64,000 nt of DNA from the NCBI GenBank assembly GCA_012026655.1, contig JAAILG010001510.1:1-64000 (forward strand), given 5' to 3'. Each line of letters begins with the position of its first letter. Position 1 is the first letter of the stretch. A program made the translations under genes and the position numbers. The notes below the pieces were generated by a model. That model saw only the letters and a program-made list of their open reading frames with translations. It had not been told where the DNA came from and made no database searches. This DNA is from Hydrolagus affinis. Taxonomy: Eukaryota. Positions 35,538 to 50,450 of this stretch are shown one piece after another.

Positions 35538-37406
35538 TTTATTATTGATAAATATTTTAATGTTAATCCTTAATTTGCTTCACAATTTAAATAATCTGGT
35601 TTCTGTAAACAGCTGGTGTATGGGTGCTCGATTGTCTGGATGGCTGGGTGGCTTATGACTGGCAACTTTCTAGTGTAATTATAAGTAGTGACGTTTTACA
35701 TTTCTTTTAACAAAATTCTGCCTTACATTGGGATATCAATTAATGAGAGAGCAAGAGAGAGAAGCATCTTGAATGGAAATGGACTTCTACCATTATTATG
35801 TTACATAAATGCAATTGACCTTTCTAAAACGCACAAAAAGAAGCATTAAAGTCAACGAACCGACTCCTAGCACTTTTGAAAACCTATTCTCAAGAAAGCG
35901 GCTCTGATTTGGGCAAAAGACTCATGGTTAAGGCTGAATCTGACAAATATTTCTGCTGTATTTATTTGTGCTGTGATTGTGATAAAAAAAAGTATGTTAG
36001 CCTATTTAAAGAGAACGTTAAGTGGATATTCATCTGTGGATATTACCTTATGCAGTGATACTTCGCTTCATAATCAATTCACAGTGAAGTCAGCTTTTGC
36101 AACACTAATTATTACTGCAATGTAAATGAGGTAAGATTTCAAATAACGGGACAGAATGTTTAGCTAAGCTTTGCCAACTCCATCTCCTCCTGATTGCATT
36201 CAATAGGCAGACTAGTTTCTTGGTATTTCTTTACATTGCATAAATCATTAATTTTTTTCTCTCAAAGGTCCCAAACAGCACAATAGATTACCCATTATTA
36301 GCAAGATGAGCTCTTTCAGTGCGTGGGACGCAATGAATAAAGCACTCTAGCTTTGGAATGAACAGACAACTGAATGCAAGCAATCAAACTTATTTTTGTC
36401 ATACCACAAAGCGTCATTGGTAGTCAAAATGCGCCAGAATTAATTCTGAAAAGTAATGATACAACCCTTTCACTTCCAAAATATGCAGTGTTGAGTGATT
36501 TCCACAAATAATCAAGGACAAAATGTCCTTTAGAAGAATCAGATTCAGTCTTTTGCCCTGAGATTTTTTTTTAATAAATAAGAAGCTTTAAGGGGTTGTA
36601 GTCGAAAACAAAGGGTAATTGTTTTTTCCCAGATGTTGCTTTTGCACAACAAGCAGGATACAATTTTCCCACAGAGCTGATGAGCCCAATCAGTGAAATG
36701 ATTAAAAATTGATTTTCTCCCTGTAATTACAGTATGTAAAGTACTTAGCCTGGATTGCAAAGGAAGTGATTTTCTAATTACGTATGTACTCTGGTGTCTA
36801 ATGATTGTTTTTTTCAAGGTAATGAAGAGAGAGCTCTAACGACTCCTTGGTGTTCTGTTATTTGCAAAGTCCATTGTTAGGGTAAGCAAGAGCAGACAAA
36901 GTGCTTAAATTTAATGTGCAATACTATGAATGTGCAGATGGACTTGTTTTGAATAACTCTTGGAGATACTGGGTATGCTTCATGCAGTGAGTGTTATCTT
37001 TTTATGATTAACTCATAATTGACTCTCGCCATTTTATTGGAATCAGTGTTGCACGATCACAAGTAGTGTATTGGTGTCTCCACTGTACTCTCTAGAGTAT
37101 TGCCATGTGTAGGGAGTGGAACGTCAAGTCAATGCAGATTGCATAACACTGTTTGAGATCTGTTCAACTACTGCCTCTTCGGGAACAGTTTATTCTTTGT
37201 GTGGTAGCACTTTATCCTTGTGTATGAGGGTATTGATTGTTTCACAATAAATCATGGCGATCCCCACTGCTTTCATTTTGTTTTAATCGGGAGAAAAATG
37301 ACATTGAAATTGGGAATTCGTTTGTTTGGTGCAAAACAAAAAAAGTCAAGTTTTGAATTTGAACTTTTAGTAGCCAATTAGAAATTGTCCAATATATTTT
37401 AAAATG

Positions 37407-37520
37407 AAATAATAATCCTTCCATTTGATATAGTGCCTTTCGGGTCAGAAGGGTATTTCTAAGCGCTGTACAGGATTCACTGCAATGTGCAGTGACTGTG
37501 CAGTTTGCAGACAAATGTGT
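37407..37520 (-). mobile_element. SINE 3' fragment
   Basis: aataataatccttccatttgatatagtgccttt...gtgcagtgactgt. Confidence 0.7.
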
Positions 37521-40520
37521 TTTAGGTTCGATTATGTTCATTGATTAATTAACAAACTGGTTTGATTGTGGTGGTACGAGCCACAAAGTAAGATGGCACA
37601 TGGTAAGATGTGCTTCTTATTTCACCCCATTTGGTATTCTTATCATTTGTAGTGTTGTTGTCTGGCAGGATGGGAGAATTTTTTTTCACTTCTTTCTGTC
37701 TTCATGCATGTTAATTTCTTCCCCATTGATTATTTTTCATGAAGCTAAAGGTCAAAAAGAAAGACAACATCATGACAATAATTAAACGGCTTAAGTTAAA
37801 ACAGTCATATTAAGGATCAAATCAATTTCATTAATGTTATTTAAGATCATTTAATTTTTTGATACGTTATCCAAAAAAATTCACTGGACAAAGATCTCAC
37901 ATCTATGTCACTTGTGTTCCATCACTCGTGTTGTGGGTGTCATTTTGTTTCTATGAGCACTTGGTAAACACTCTGCTACTTTCGGGTGTTCTGTGCAATC
38001 ATTGAAGATGGCAAAACAAAAAATCCACTGAAACAGTATTTAGATGAAAAATACCACTCTGGCATAATTTATGTGAACAGCAGTTCCAATCAAAGGTTTT
38101 ACAAATGCTCGTTTCATAATTTGTCAATGGTAAAAAGGATTCCTTTGGTAAAAAATCAAATTAGATTGAAAGATGAATACTGAATATTCGTCTGTTGCTT
38201 TGCTGGTCACTTGACAGAGAATAACAGAATGCGCATTTGTACCATTAGTAAACCTCCCTGTTCTCAATTCATAGAGTATTCTGTTGTTGAGATGATGATA
38301 CCCAAATTGGTCAACTTAGATACATATCTGATGAAACAGTAAAACTCTTTAGAACATAGATCCAGGTAACCACAGCAGAAGAGTGTTGGACTCCTATCTC
38401 TGGAGCTGCTAGTTTCAGTCTTAGTTTCTATTGACAGTTATACTCAGTCTTCCCCCGGGGGGCACGTTTCACTAGCCTTGGCCAGGTTGTGGTCAAGAAT
38501 TTATATTGACAGTGTCCATAAAGATGTCAGGAAGCCAGACTGGACGGGCTCAATCTTCTGCTTAAGTGTGGTGGTCAAGTATAGGTTTTACTGAGAGAGG
38601 AACAGGGAACAAATGACAAAGTTCAGTTGTACTGAAAATATTTAATTAAATAAATGTTAAATAATTTTTAAAAAGTAATGTCTGGCCTTATATCTGATTA
38701 TAGAGTGCCAACTTGAGGGTTCCCCTGCGTTTGTGAAACTGTGAGACGGCAGTCGAGCCTTCTGCCTTTGGCTGCAGGCATTATAACACTCTCGCTGTTA
38801 ATTCTGTAATGGTGCGATAGTTTAATGTGCTGACTTTGAAACACAATGAGCATTTGTATATTATTTTACATTTCTAATATCTACAACTCTGTCTCTTTTT
38901 TTTATAAATATTAATTAAAAACTTAACTGTTTGGCATTATTCTTCCCACCGTGCTTACAATTCCTTTCCATCACACAATAGTATGAGAGAGAGAGAGACC
39001 ACATTATTTATACTCTGTAAAATCCTTTTCATAGTTGTTGTCAGTGCCTTTAGCACGGTGATGATTAATGGGATCCAATAATACTACAGTACTGTATCTC
39101 TGTAACAGCTTTTGTTAAATGTACACCAACAACCTATTCAAATCCACCAAATAGTTTCTTATGATGCTTTGAAATGGCAGGCTGGATAATGTTATTATTT
39201 TAAGAAATGTGCACCAAATTGCATTTAAAAAGGGGCTAAATCTCAAAGAATTTATTGATTTCTTATGTGTTTGTGATTTGTTCAAAATATCCCTTGACTC
39301 GACCTTTTGCCTCCATCTTCCCATTGATTAAGATTAAAACCAAATGGCTGCTTTCTATTTTCCCCCATGCACTAAACTCTAATCCTAATTTTCCACAGTT
39401 GAAAGACAGACACTTCAAAATTGTTTGAAACTCATATACAAAAAAAAACTTGCTGCGGATCCTTTAGAACTGCCGGTTCGACGAAACAAAGCACATTCTT
39501 CCTTATTCATTCTCCTCACCATGGGGAAGATTCTAAAGCCAGTGTGGACCTCGGGGGAAGTTTTGAAGGTGCCTACCCCTTTAAGAGCACACCAGGTTAT
39601 CCCTTCTTGTTTTTTCAAAAAAAAGTTATCAGTTGCAGAGAGACAGGTATTCTGTTCGTTACCAGAAGTAATTGTGACTGGGGACTTTAGTGCTTGGCAC
39701 AGAATCCAACTTCACGTTGCGTGAATTCTGTCAAAAGATTCTAATGAGGTTGAAAAGCCTCGGCTTAAAATGCTCAGAAAGATAATAAAATTCAACATGG
39801 ATGAAGCAGTGATATCTGGAATGCCTCAGGCTTGCAAGCACTTCATGTCATCCTTCAATGTCTTTTTTGTTAAAAGATTTTTTTTAACCTGAACCGTGTT
39901 TTTTTTTAGATATCATTTCACCACCATCATATATCATTCTGGACTGAGGAGGTGATCAGGAAATCTGCTCCCTGCTCTCTACTTAAGCTGCCGTTCTATT
40001 CCAACTTTCAGATGGTGGCAATATAGAAGCAGATTTGCTTTCTCGTGTCAGAAAAAACAACGTACAGTGTTGAGTTTCAAAATTCCAATTGGTAGCAGAA
40101 GCTGTGTGGCCTGCAGGGACTCCACAGTGATGTGGTGCTCGATGAACCTGTGATTCCTCTGGTGGAAGATGCCCCGTACATCCACAAATGTAATGGGGAG
40201 GTATGGAGCAAGGCCAGATATCACCTCCCCCCCCACCCCCCCCCCTGCCACCACAACCAAAAGGAAGAATAATTTGTTTCAAAGGACATTCCTCGGCTAT
40301 TTTTGTGTGACTCCTGGCAATTACCGTTAGCATTAGAGGAAGCCTGGCCAACTGGGGAGACCTAAGGTGTGTGTATGTGTGTGTTGAGGGCAGGGAAATG
40401 AATGGCAGTGGTTCACCAACCTGATTTCAATTAAAAGGATACCGATCCATGCAGAGGTGTATATTTGAAGACGGGATCAATTTTGCAGGAGTTCTTAATG
40501 GATTTCTTAATTAAGAAATT

Positions 40521-40870
40521 AATAATAATCATTCTTGCATTTTAGATTGAGCCTTTGATGTTAAAATATTTCAGAGCACTTCAAAGGTAATTGCACTCAA
40601 GTGTAGTGACTGTTTTTGAAAGTAAACACAGGTGCCGGTCTCCCACGTAGTAAGACCCACAAAGTCATGAAGTGAATGACTATTCATCTGGAGTATTGCT
40701 GGGAGCAACTAATTTCTCTTTTCAAATAGTGCATTATATCTTTAATGTCCGTGGGAAAAGGTAGACAGGACCTGAGTTTAACGCCTCATCAGAAAGACTG
40801 CTCTAGGGACAATGCATGCTCTCCCAGTACTGCACTGGAATATCAGGCAAGCACTTTGAACTCAAAGTCT
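40521..40870 (-). mobile_element. Deu-domain SINE (SacSINE1/AmnSINE1-like), near full length
   Basis: Tail ttcttgcattt, then aagtgtagtgactgt, gacccacaaa, ttcaaatagtgc, gtttaacgcctcatcagaaagac, cagtactgcactgga: Deu-domain landmarks, collinear with 58290-58670. Confidence 0.8.
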
Positions 40871-42186
40871 CCATTGGGGAGGAGAGGACGAAGGGAGTGG
40901 GTGGTAGAAGAGTACACAAAGACCCTATATAACATGTCTTTAAACTATATATTTTTGACATACCTAGTAAATAGCAGGAGAAGAAAACAATTTAGTAATG
41001 CCGGAAACATAAGTATTGTAAAACGTTTTTGCATTATCCCTTAAAGCTATTATACAAACCAATGGTTTGTAGCAATATGCAGTCTGTAGTCTAAACAATG
41101 AGCTGAGGTAACAAATGTTCCTTTCCAAGCTGTTGGGTACATGTGACAAATATTTTAAACTCTAAATAATCTTTTTTTAAGAGGTGTGAACAAACGGCAA
41201 ACCTGCCAGTTGTTAATTAAAGTTTTAAAACCATGCTCTGCATCTTGATTGATAGCTGTTACATTAGAGCTGGTTCATTATTTGAAATCTGTGCTGTCAA
41301 AGAGTTTAAAACTATATGTGTGGTGTTAAATAAATAAAAGCGTGTGAAATACTTGGATACAGTGGGAAAATTTTCAGTCTGCGGTTATTTTATGCATACG
41401 GCGTGACTTCATGCTAATGTATCTGTGATAGTTTCAAAAAAAACCTCTCAAAATATAATTTTTGGGGGCTCTCCAGTATTGCGGATCAAATGAGTTTGAG
41501 GTTGCTTTTCAAAAGTAATCAATTTACGCATTTATACAAAAAGAATCTTTTCCGAGTAAACGCAGGCAGGGTTCAAGGTGTGTACTGTCTATAGTCTGAT
41601 TCTACCCCAATCTGTTTAACATTTTCTCAGCACTGCTTGAGGAAACCCAGGCCCCTTTAATGCTCCTGTTCAACTGGCTTTTGGAATGTCCACTTACTGT
41701 CCACAATCGCTAAAGGAGCTTGCTCCAATTTATCATCTTTCCTTTCAGAAAACAACTATTCTATGCTCCAATCCTTTTGGTAACAATGGAGCAAAGGTCA
41801 AGCGCACCTTTTGGATCAATTCTAGGCATGAACGTTTATTCTACCTGTTCTGACCCTACACTTATAGGTGAATTCTAACTACTATATTTGTACTTTCTTT
41901 CTCAGATATCCCAATCTGTTACTTGCGTCAATGCACCATTTACTCCCAAGAGTTTGTTGAATTCAACATTCTTTGCCGACAAAAAAGGGATTCCTGAATG
42001 TTCTGTGGTAGCTATAGCAATCGAGCGTTTGATTTCCATGCTGGGGACCCAGGCCAAAATCCCACTGATATCAACTATCCAAAATCAATTCTCAACATGG
42101 ATAAAGCACTTTATAATGGCAGTGTTCCATTTATGGTGGAAGGGAAAAGCAGCAGTATATCCCTTGTCAGGTGTTATAGGGCAGTG

Positions 42187-42272
42187 TTCATAGAATCAAA
42201 GAATTATACAGCACAGAAGGAGGCCATTTGGCCCATCGTATCTATGCCGACTCTTTGGAAAAAGCTGTCCAA
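42187..42272 (-). mobile_element. CR1 3'-terminal fragment
   Basis: catagaatcaaagaattatacagcacagaaggaggccatttggcccatcgtatctatgccg: CR1-type octamer tail and 3' stem. Confidence 0.75.
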
Positions 42273-45200
42273 ATAAAAATGTGTTGCTACACATCATTTG
42301 GAAGTCTATGAATAAGGCATCGTTGAGAGCAGCACAAAATAGGGGAGGTTTATTTAGGTGTATTCATGGTTTCAATAAAAAAAATCAAAATTCTGTGTAC
42401 AGGTATATTGATACAAAGTTAAACAGTAACAAATTGTATTTTTCTCAGGCTTGGGAACAAGATGCTAAAATGAGCATGTTATCACTTCATACCTAAGATT
42501 GCGTTTGAAACTAACACAAGCTGATAAGATGAAAGTGCTTCTTTGATTTCTGCTGGACCCGAAGTGAAAGGAGTTGAGCGTTCATAATGTATTTCTTTAC
42601 TAAGCTTGAACCCACAGTGCAAACCTATCCACACTCAACACTTTTAAGCGCTGTGTACGTACATATTCCTCATACACTCAAACTATATAAACTATTCTTT
42701 GGCCTCTGGAGAAATACTGCATTTTCAGTAGTGGTGGGGAGTGGGGGAGGGAGGTGGCAGGGGGAGTTTAAATGCCAAAATTAATAAGTTAATAATGGAA
42801 CATGATAATGTCCTTCTTATCTCTGTCATCTTCACTCTGCTCCACTTTATCAAACCCTGGGGCTACAACCATCTTTGGCTTGTAATGAAGTACAATCCTC
42901 GGGTGAGAGGGGAACAGTGGTCACCAAAGCTATTCCATACTCTACTTTTCAGTACGAGGAAAGCCCTTTTTTTTTGTGATGCAATCACAGTGCACCATCT
43001 GGAGGTAAACGTCACCCAGAGACCAATACAATACTAGCCCTAGGCTAACCCTTTAATAGTCATGGAAACATTCTGGTCAAGGGTAGAGCACTTGCTTCTT
43101 CAGGCTGCAAGAATGAAGGTCCAAGTCAAGGTCCAAGGCCACCTACTTATGGCTGGCACAATTTGTGAAGAACTTTTAGCATTTAGCTCCCTAGTGCAGA
43201 ACCTACTAGCGCTATATAGCACTCTGCAATATTGCCATTTAGAGCCCTCATACGTTCTTTGAAGATCTTTTCATGGTTCTCAGGCTAGTCACCAGCTGTC
43301 CTTTGGCTGAGGTGAGGCACACAACCTAATTAATCACCCTGCGCAAGATTCAGTCTTGCCGAAGGTTGACAGCAACCAGTTTATAAATGTCTAAATAGAA
43401 TAAATCTAACTAATTTCGATGCACAAATTGTTCCAGTAATGGCCAATGACATTGCTGACATTGTATTTTTCCTTAATTTACAACTATCACAGTGAAGTAA
43501 ATTGCACTGATCTGCATCCTGATTTGAATGTATATTTGGATGTTTTCTTTACATTTCTTTACATTTTTTTTTAGTTTCCAAAGTTTCTCCCTTCCCCTCC
43601 ATGCCTATGCTCCACTCTTATTTTATATGTAGAGTGAAGGCTTTCAGCATCTTGGCTGTTCACGCTCCAAGGTGCAACTGTTAGTGTCTGGCATGTTCAG
43701 TCGTATGTGGCGTTCCTTTATCCTGTGAGTCCTGCTATCCTCAATATATTCATGTAGAGGGCAGCTTGACTTATGTCACAGAGATTGTTTGCTCCATATA
43801 AATATTTTATTTACTTCAGAGGTTTGTGAGCTGACGTTAATACCAGCCAAGTCTTAATATCAAGATTGACGTATTGTGAATTCATTGTATTAATTACCAC
43901 CAGTTGGGCTATTGTCAATTGTATTCATTGCAAACCGATCAGGAAAATAAAGGTAGACTTTTCCCTCGAAAAGCAAACTTACTAGTTGTTGTATTTTACA
44001 AATGGTCAGCCTAATCTTTCAGTGGCATTGCCCCTGGTTTGCTATTTCCAGCTACAAGTCTTGAATTAAACAAGTGGAATATGGTAATAACATCTGAATA
44101 ATAGCAAATGCTTTCCCCGAGTTCAGGATTAAGGTTAGATTGTTAAGGCAATGCCATCTAATAATGCTGACTACCACGAACCTTGGCTCAGAATAGAATC
44201 AAAGAAATCAGCAAAGATTTTTTTTGTAAAAACAGCTTCCGTATTTTAGTCAACTATCACAACAAAAGCACCAAATCCTCGACAAAATGAATAAAAGTGC
44301 AACTGAAAACCTGGCAGTAGAATCCTAATTAAAATTGTGAAAGAGTATTTTCAAGGTCAGGGAGATAAGCACATATTTGATTATTATGAACTGATGCCGA
44401 TAAAATGAACTTCTCAGCGGTTAAGCAATCATGAAAAGACTACTCCAGTTCGTAATGTAAAGATGTTTAATATGCAGCCAGCTATCACTTGTTTGCTGAC
44501 AAACCCAGCCATCAGAACTATCACACCATTTTTTGCTGTAAGCACATTGTTCGGGGCAGGTGACATTAGATTTAGAGACATTCAGATATAGATGCCACCA
44601 CATTTGGATACATTCTATCATTAGAATGTTACAGACAAACTCAGCCATGGAGAAATTGTTTGAATGTACGCTAAGATATCACAACTGTAGTACGAATTGC
44701 TAGATACAATCCATTCCAGAGGAGTTTATCTGGCAACAAGAAGACAACCAGTGAATAGTCCCTGTTAGTGCCACAATGAATCTCTTTGTGTTTTGAGGGT
44801 ATTTTTTTTAGTTCAATGACATTGCATACAACTATAACAATCCTTGCATTTGATATAGCGCTTTGATATTTGAACTACCAATACTATCTAAATTTAAGAC
44901 TACAGCACTCTTGATATAAGATGGAACATATGAAATTTCACATTTATTCACGTATTGTTGGAAAAAGTTCTGGGCTGAATGGAAGACTGGTGCTCTGTAT
45001 GTCCACTACTCCATTTACATAGCCACTTACCTCAGTGACTATACAGAGAATTATTCCATTATTTCTTACTCTGAGACTTGTTAAATTCTCTGGAACCATC
45101 TTATTTTGGAAGTAATTGCTTTGTACAGCACGTCTGAAATGGAACTCATTCAAATATAACAGTATAGAGGTTATTACATTGTTCCAAAAATAAATGTGCA

Positions 45201-46004
45201 TTTAACTTTACATTCTATTTACTGCAGATCATTAGATGTGTAAAAACTCAGCTTGAGGCATTGTATTTTGTTTGGTTGTTTGATCTCATATGTATCTGCT
45301 ATTATAGAATCTCAATAGCCATTTGAATAGCCATTTTCCCACAGAGACAGTTAAATGGCACTGCAAGGCTAAAAATTTACTTTTGGGGGGAAAAAAGGCA
45401 AATATGATGAATAAACTAAAAACATCTTTCTGGTATCAAACGGTTAATTTCCCTCTCTTAATGAGAACCACCAAGGCTAAACAATTGCCATGACGAAAGA
45501 GTCTCCACATATTGGAAAAAAACTTTTATCTTTATTATTCCTTGTAGATATGAAGTGAGGATAGGATCAGACTTGGTTATGGTGGCCTTAGTGGTCAAGT
45601 AGACCACCGATCTACTAGGATTTATCACATTAGAACTGGGCCATTATTTGGGGACATTTTGTACAGAGCACATTTAGGTGAAAAAAAATCTTCACACAGA
45701 GAGTATTCAACAGTTTGCATGCTTTATGAAGAAGGACTGTGAACAATGCACTCATACATATAATACACCTCTGGTTAGTTGATGGTAAGATCAGTTTCTT
45801 GAGGAATGAGATCAAATGGTCCAAATGGGCTTCTTCATGGGAACTTCTCCAGTGTGAACTTTTATGTGTGACACCTGGTAACTCACCAGGTTCAGGAATC
45901 ATCGCACAAATAGCTGTAGGATTCCCAGTACTTGTGAAATCATGACCCATCATGAGTCACTAGTTGCAGGAGAAAAAAATTGAAAGGTAAAAATTAAACA
46001 CCCT

Positions 46005-46068
46005 CAGTTGGGACGCTATCATGCATGAGGGGAGCTATATAAATACAAGTTGTTATTGTTGTTGTTGA
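46005..46068 (+). mobile_element. L2/SINE tail with (GTT)n end
   Basis: ttgggacg...gctatataaatacaagttgttattgttgttgttg. Confidence 0.6.
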
Positions 46069-49000
46069 GCGCATGATCGCTATGCCAGATTCAAGCTAGG
46101 AACAACATTTTTAACTTGACAAAGGACACAGTGCATCCTTTCTAAAACAAGTGAACCATTTCAAAATGAATTTAATTCAAGAGAACACAAAATATATTGC
46201 ATTGATTGTAATTCTCACAAAATTAAGTAGCTTTTGCTCCGAAAGTTAGAGCTATGAACTTGCATTCCTGACTATAGTTGCAGCTTTTGTCTTTAGGCAT
46301 CAAATTCACGGGTTTAGGCAATTCTGTAAAGTGAGGGTTCACAAGTTTACTGCTATAGCTCCCCACAGTAGTTAATGTTTGTGCAATAAGTTTGGTTAAC
46401 TAATAAGAGAATTAATACACGTGGTACTAAAGAAATACTGTATGTATATATGGTACACTTAAAGAGAAGTGATATGCTCGGACTTGCCGACATGGATTGT
46501 ATGAATTCTGTTGCAGCATTATCAAAGATCTTGACTACATTTATCTTTGTTTGCTTAAAAGTGCCACAGGTTGATTGATTCTATTTGTTGCACCTTTTTA
46601 AGTACTGCTTGGGAATTTGGGCAATTTCAAGTGATTTCTGTTTGATTGATGCCTCAAATAAGTTTTATTCTCCAAATAAAAACTGTCCTTCGGTTCTGGT
46701 GAAAGGTGGCTATTGTTGAGAATGGAATGCTTTGTTAGGAAGCCATAAAGTTCCCAAGCCTCTGAAACACATTGAAAGATAAAGCTATTGTATCACTACA
46801 TACGCTTTATTTTAATTCATGATTTATTATGGTAGCCATGGAAAAATGTAGCTGTTTTTTGCTTAATAAACAACATGAAAAGACTTTCTTTAGAGAAAAT
46901 AAAGCGTTATTATTTTTGGTTACTCTTTAACCACAAAACATTGCCATCTAAATTTTGCTGTCTTACATTTTACTTCACACTATTTGTGCACATTTCAGCC
47001 ATATGTAGGCAAAACTTCGCGAAGAAAAAATAAGGCAAATCTAATTATAACTGAGTGAATTTGCTCACTGTCAAAAATCTCTTTGCTGTGAAACTTCCAA
47101 ACTTGTTTTGTTAAGTAGGTCACATTATGTTATGGCCAGTTATTGGGAAGGGGGCTCAGATAACTGTTTGTTGAGTATTTAATGGTTTTGCTGCCTCAGC
47201 ATACTTTTTTACTGGCAGTTTTCACACAGCTGTGCTACTGAAAAGAAGCAGCATTGCAGCGAAAACATTTCAATGCTGTACAGCGCAGAGGGTCTTACCA
47301 TCACATGCTTCACAGAGTTATGTGGTGTTGCTCTTCTCCACAACTTTTCTGTAACCCTTGCACATGCTGGTACTCAGTAGGTGGATTCAAATTCTATTTC
47401 TGGAAGCATGACTGTGGTGCAAAGACATACATTTAAGCTGTGATATTAAATAATGAAGTCATTCAAAGCAGCCACTGTTTGTTCTTTTGTAATTGCCATC
47501 TTCTCTGTGACCTTGTAGTTTATTTCCAAACATTAAGAGATATTTATTCTAGTGTATTTTTAAACAGAGGTTGTTTTTCTCCTCTTCAGAAAATGAGCAC
47601 AGATGGTGATTGATTTTTCAAGTACTAACATCCCTGCTTGAGAACATTTTCCCACCTTCTTTGTGCAAAGCAAGTCAGGCAAACTAACATGATGATGCGA
47701 TCATCAGTTTCATGCAGACATGGTGAATTGATTGACAGAGAGGATTTCTGCATAAACCACCCAGTCTCCTGATGTTTTCTTTCTTCCCTTTCAGTGTATG
47801 GTGTTTGGCTGGTAGGGGTGGCAGTGGGGAATGGAAGGGATGTTTGGAGAAGAGACCAAGCTACACAGTTTGATCTAAATCTGGGATTTACACCCCAGCT
47901 CATCTAATATCAGCGCAAATTTGCAATAGCTCCACTGAGCCATTTGTAAAGGCTAGGAAGCTACATGATGTCATTGGCTAACTAGCCATTCTCAGGCCAT
48001 TGCTTCTGTTTGCGTGACTAAATACATACAATTAAAGGCTAGCACTTCTCATTCTGTATGAAGTCATTGTTATCCAGAGTTCAAGTACTCAGATAATGGC
48101 ATGGAAGAGAACAGACATATCATCAAGCTTCAGCCACAGCAAGCTGGCTTGTAAAATAAACTCCCTTTTATTTCATGCATGTTTTTGAGAGAATTATGGC
48201 TCATTCTTTTTTTGTGCGCAGATGTCAAATACCTTTCGAGAAACTATCACATTTAACTCGGCATAATTACACCAGATTGTGACAGTCTGCGGGTTTCCAC
48301 AGAGGGAAATTAAGGACCCCCAAGTAGTTCCTTTCACTCTGAAGTGTTCGGTACCTGATTAAATATGAAAACTTTCAGACTACTTTGAAAAGAAAACAAA
48401 GCCTTTCGGTATCAGACATGTTTAGAACACCAAAATATTCTGATAAGCTGCCGTCTTCATGTAAAAGATTGCTCCCGAGCTGAATGTTTTGAGTGTTCTG
48501 ACTGAGTTCCCACTACAATAAATGTCACGCAGCATATCATTAAATGGAACCTGAAATAAATTGAGAGACAAGGTCGAGAGGCATTATATTGAATAATAAC
48601 TGTGAACGTTATCACGGAGGTGACGTGTCCCTATTTTTATAATGGCTGTTCACAGTAATTATTCTGGCTCTTGCTTGATATTAAAAAGATGGCATTGTTT
48701 GTCTGTAATAACTTCTACCAAACTAAACATCGTGTTGCAACATAAAAGTTACAGCGCATAGATATTCAGTTTAGGAGACTGTCATACTGGTCTGTACTAA
48801 CCACATGCGAGACTAGGGGCAGAACTCGGCCCCTGAACGAGCTCAAATCTGTAACCACAGGGCATGAGGGGAACGTTCACCACAGTGCTGCTGAGCTAAT
48901 TTTCTTTTGACAAATGAAAAGAATGTGATGTGTGTGTGTATCAGTGGGGGATGAGAGTTACTACAGAAACATCCATAATGATCAATGGAGTATTTCTGCA

Positions 49001-49334
49001 GAGAGCAAAGTAAAATCATGTGGTTGGATGGTTTAACAGAACCAGCATTCGAGTTTTCGTTGGACAGTATTTTGTTTCAACACTTTCAACAACATTAACC
49101 TTGTGGAAAATTGTTGTAGAATTCTAAAAGATGGAAAACACGTGCGTGAGAAGTAAGAAAATGGAAGGCAGTGTACAAAAAATAGTTCTGTATAATAAAT
49201 ATTTGAATGGCAAAAATGCATTCAGTTATGTTTTCTTACTGAGTACTAACATTGGGAATCCGGTCAGGATGTTTCTATCCACCCTGAGCCAGTATAGCTT
49301 GACATTTAAGTGCAGAACCTTGAATAGAAAAGGA

Positions 49335-49505
49335 CCAGGGCAACAAAGTTCTGGATGAGTTAAAATTGTGTGTGTGGTGAAACCAGAGACCGTAACGAGG
49401 AGAGTATGGGAAAAATCTAATCTGGAGGTGACTGAGGGATGGATAGGGGTTTCAGAGGTGGCAGTGTGGTACGAAGCATTGCCTGGAGATGGAAGGAGGT
49501 GGTCA
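49335..49505 (-). mobile_element. L2-clade LINE ORF2 fragment (decayed)
   Basis: Minus strand reads ...SETPIHPSVTSRLDFSHTLL...LIQN, matching the L2 motif ETLIHAFVTSRLDYxNALL...LQLIQN. Confidence 0.7.
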
Positions 49506-49703
49506 CTTTTTAAAGAAGAACAAAAATGTGCTGCCTGGCATAGTAATGACTTGGGATATTTTCAATGTCTGTGTTACAGTTATCCATCACATTTAGCGAC
49601 TTGACAGATCTTATTACTGTGATGTCTTGAGCTCATCTTCATGATAACTTATACAATTTGGAATGTCAGGACATCCATTTGTATTTCAGACCATTTGTAG
49701 AAA

Positions 49704-49888
49704 AGTGCATAATAATCTCTGTCAATATTGCCTGGACATTTTTGTTTGAAAAATGATCTTAAAATACAATATTGATTGGATCGAAAATAACGATGCCTAA
49801 TTTTATGTATTACTCTAGGTCCATATTAATGTATTAAAGCTATAGAATGGATTCTGGAAGATATTTTAAATTACAGTTAAAACCTGAT
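49704..49888 (+). repeat. Local duplication, copy 1 (~185 bp)
   Basis: Aligns by eye to 50511-50692 with about 19 substitutions and 2 small indels. Confidence 0.95.
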
Positions 49889-50144
49889 AAACACTGAATA
49901 CTTGGGCTAAATGTTATGCTTTTATATAATGAGAGTGAATAGGATGACAATGAAATTCCATACTTCGAAGAAGGCCAAGTTTTCTGATTGGGTATTGTCT
50001 AAATTTTACTCCACAGTCAGGCTAATTGACCGCGGGGAGAGTTACAGCTAAGATGGATCGTATCCTTATACATTTCCATTTAGACACACTGGACAGTGAC
50101 TAGAATTAAGAAAAGGGATTCATTGTTCATCTCCTACAGCCGAC

Positions 50145-50360
50145 AATAATAATAATCCTCGCATTTGATATAGCACTTTTCACATCTTGTAGATGTCTCA
50201 AAGTGCTTCACAGAATTTACTGTAAAATAATTTGACCGTATATTTGTGGGCGAAACGTGGCAGCAGCGAATTTGCACACAGCAGTGTCCCACAAACAATC
50301 ATGGATTGAATTAACCAATTTATTATTGATTTTTTTGAGGGATTATTATTAGGCATGTGG
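50145..50360 (-). mobile_element. tRNA-SINE, 5'-truncated
   Basis: aataataataatcctcgcatttgatatagcacttttcac...gcagtgtcccacaaac...gagggattattattaggcatgtg; homologous to 61054-61336 but lacking the tRNA head. Confidence 0.9.
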
Positions 50361-50450
50361 CCCATTGCAGTGCCAAATTGCTTAGAATAACTCATTCAGT
50401 ATGGACCAGGAATCAAAGGTAGGACCTTGTGGTGTGAATGACTTTACACA

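Noticed and set aside
45025-45035. Strong minus-strand donors (GAG|GTAAGT here; CAG|GTAAGT at 59167-59175)
   Set aside because: No convincing matching acceptor found, and isolated 9-mers are expected by chance in 64 kb.
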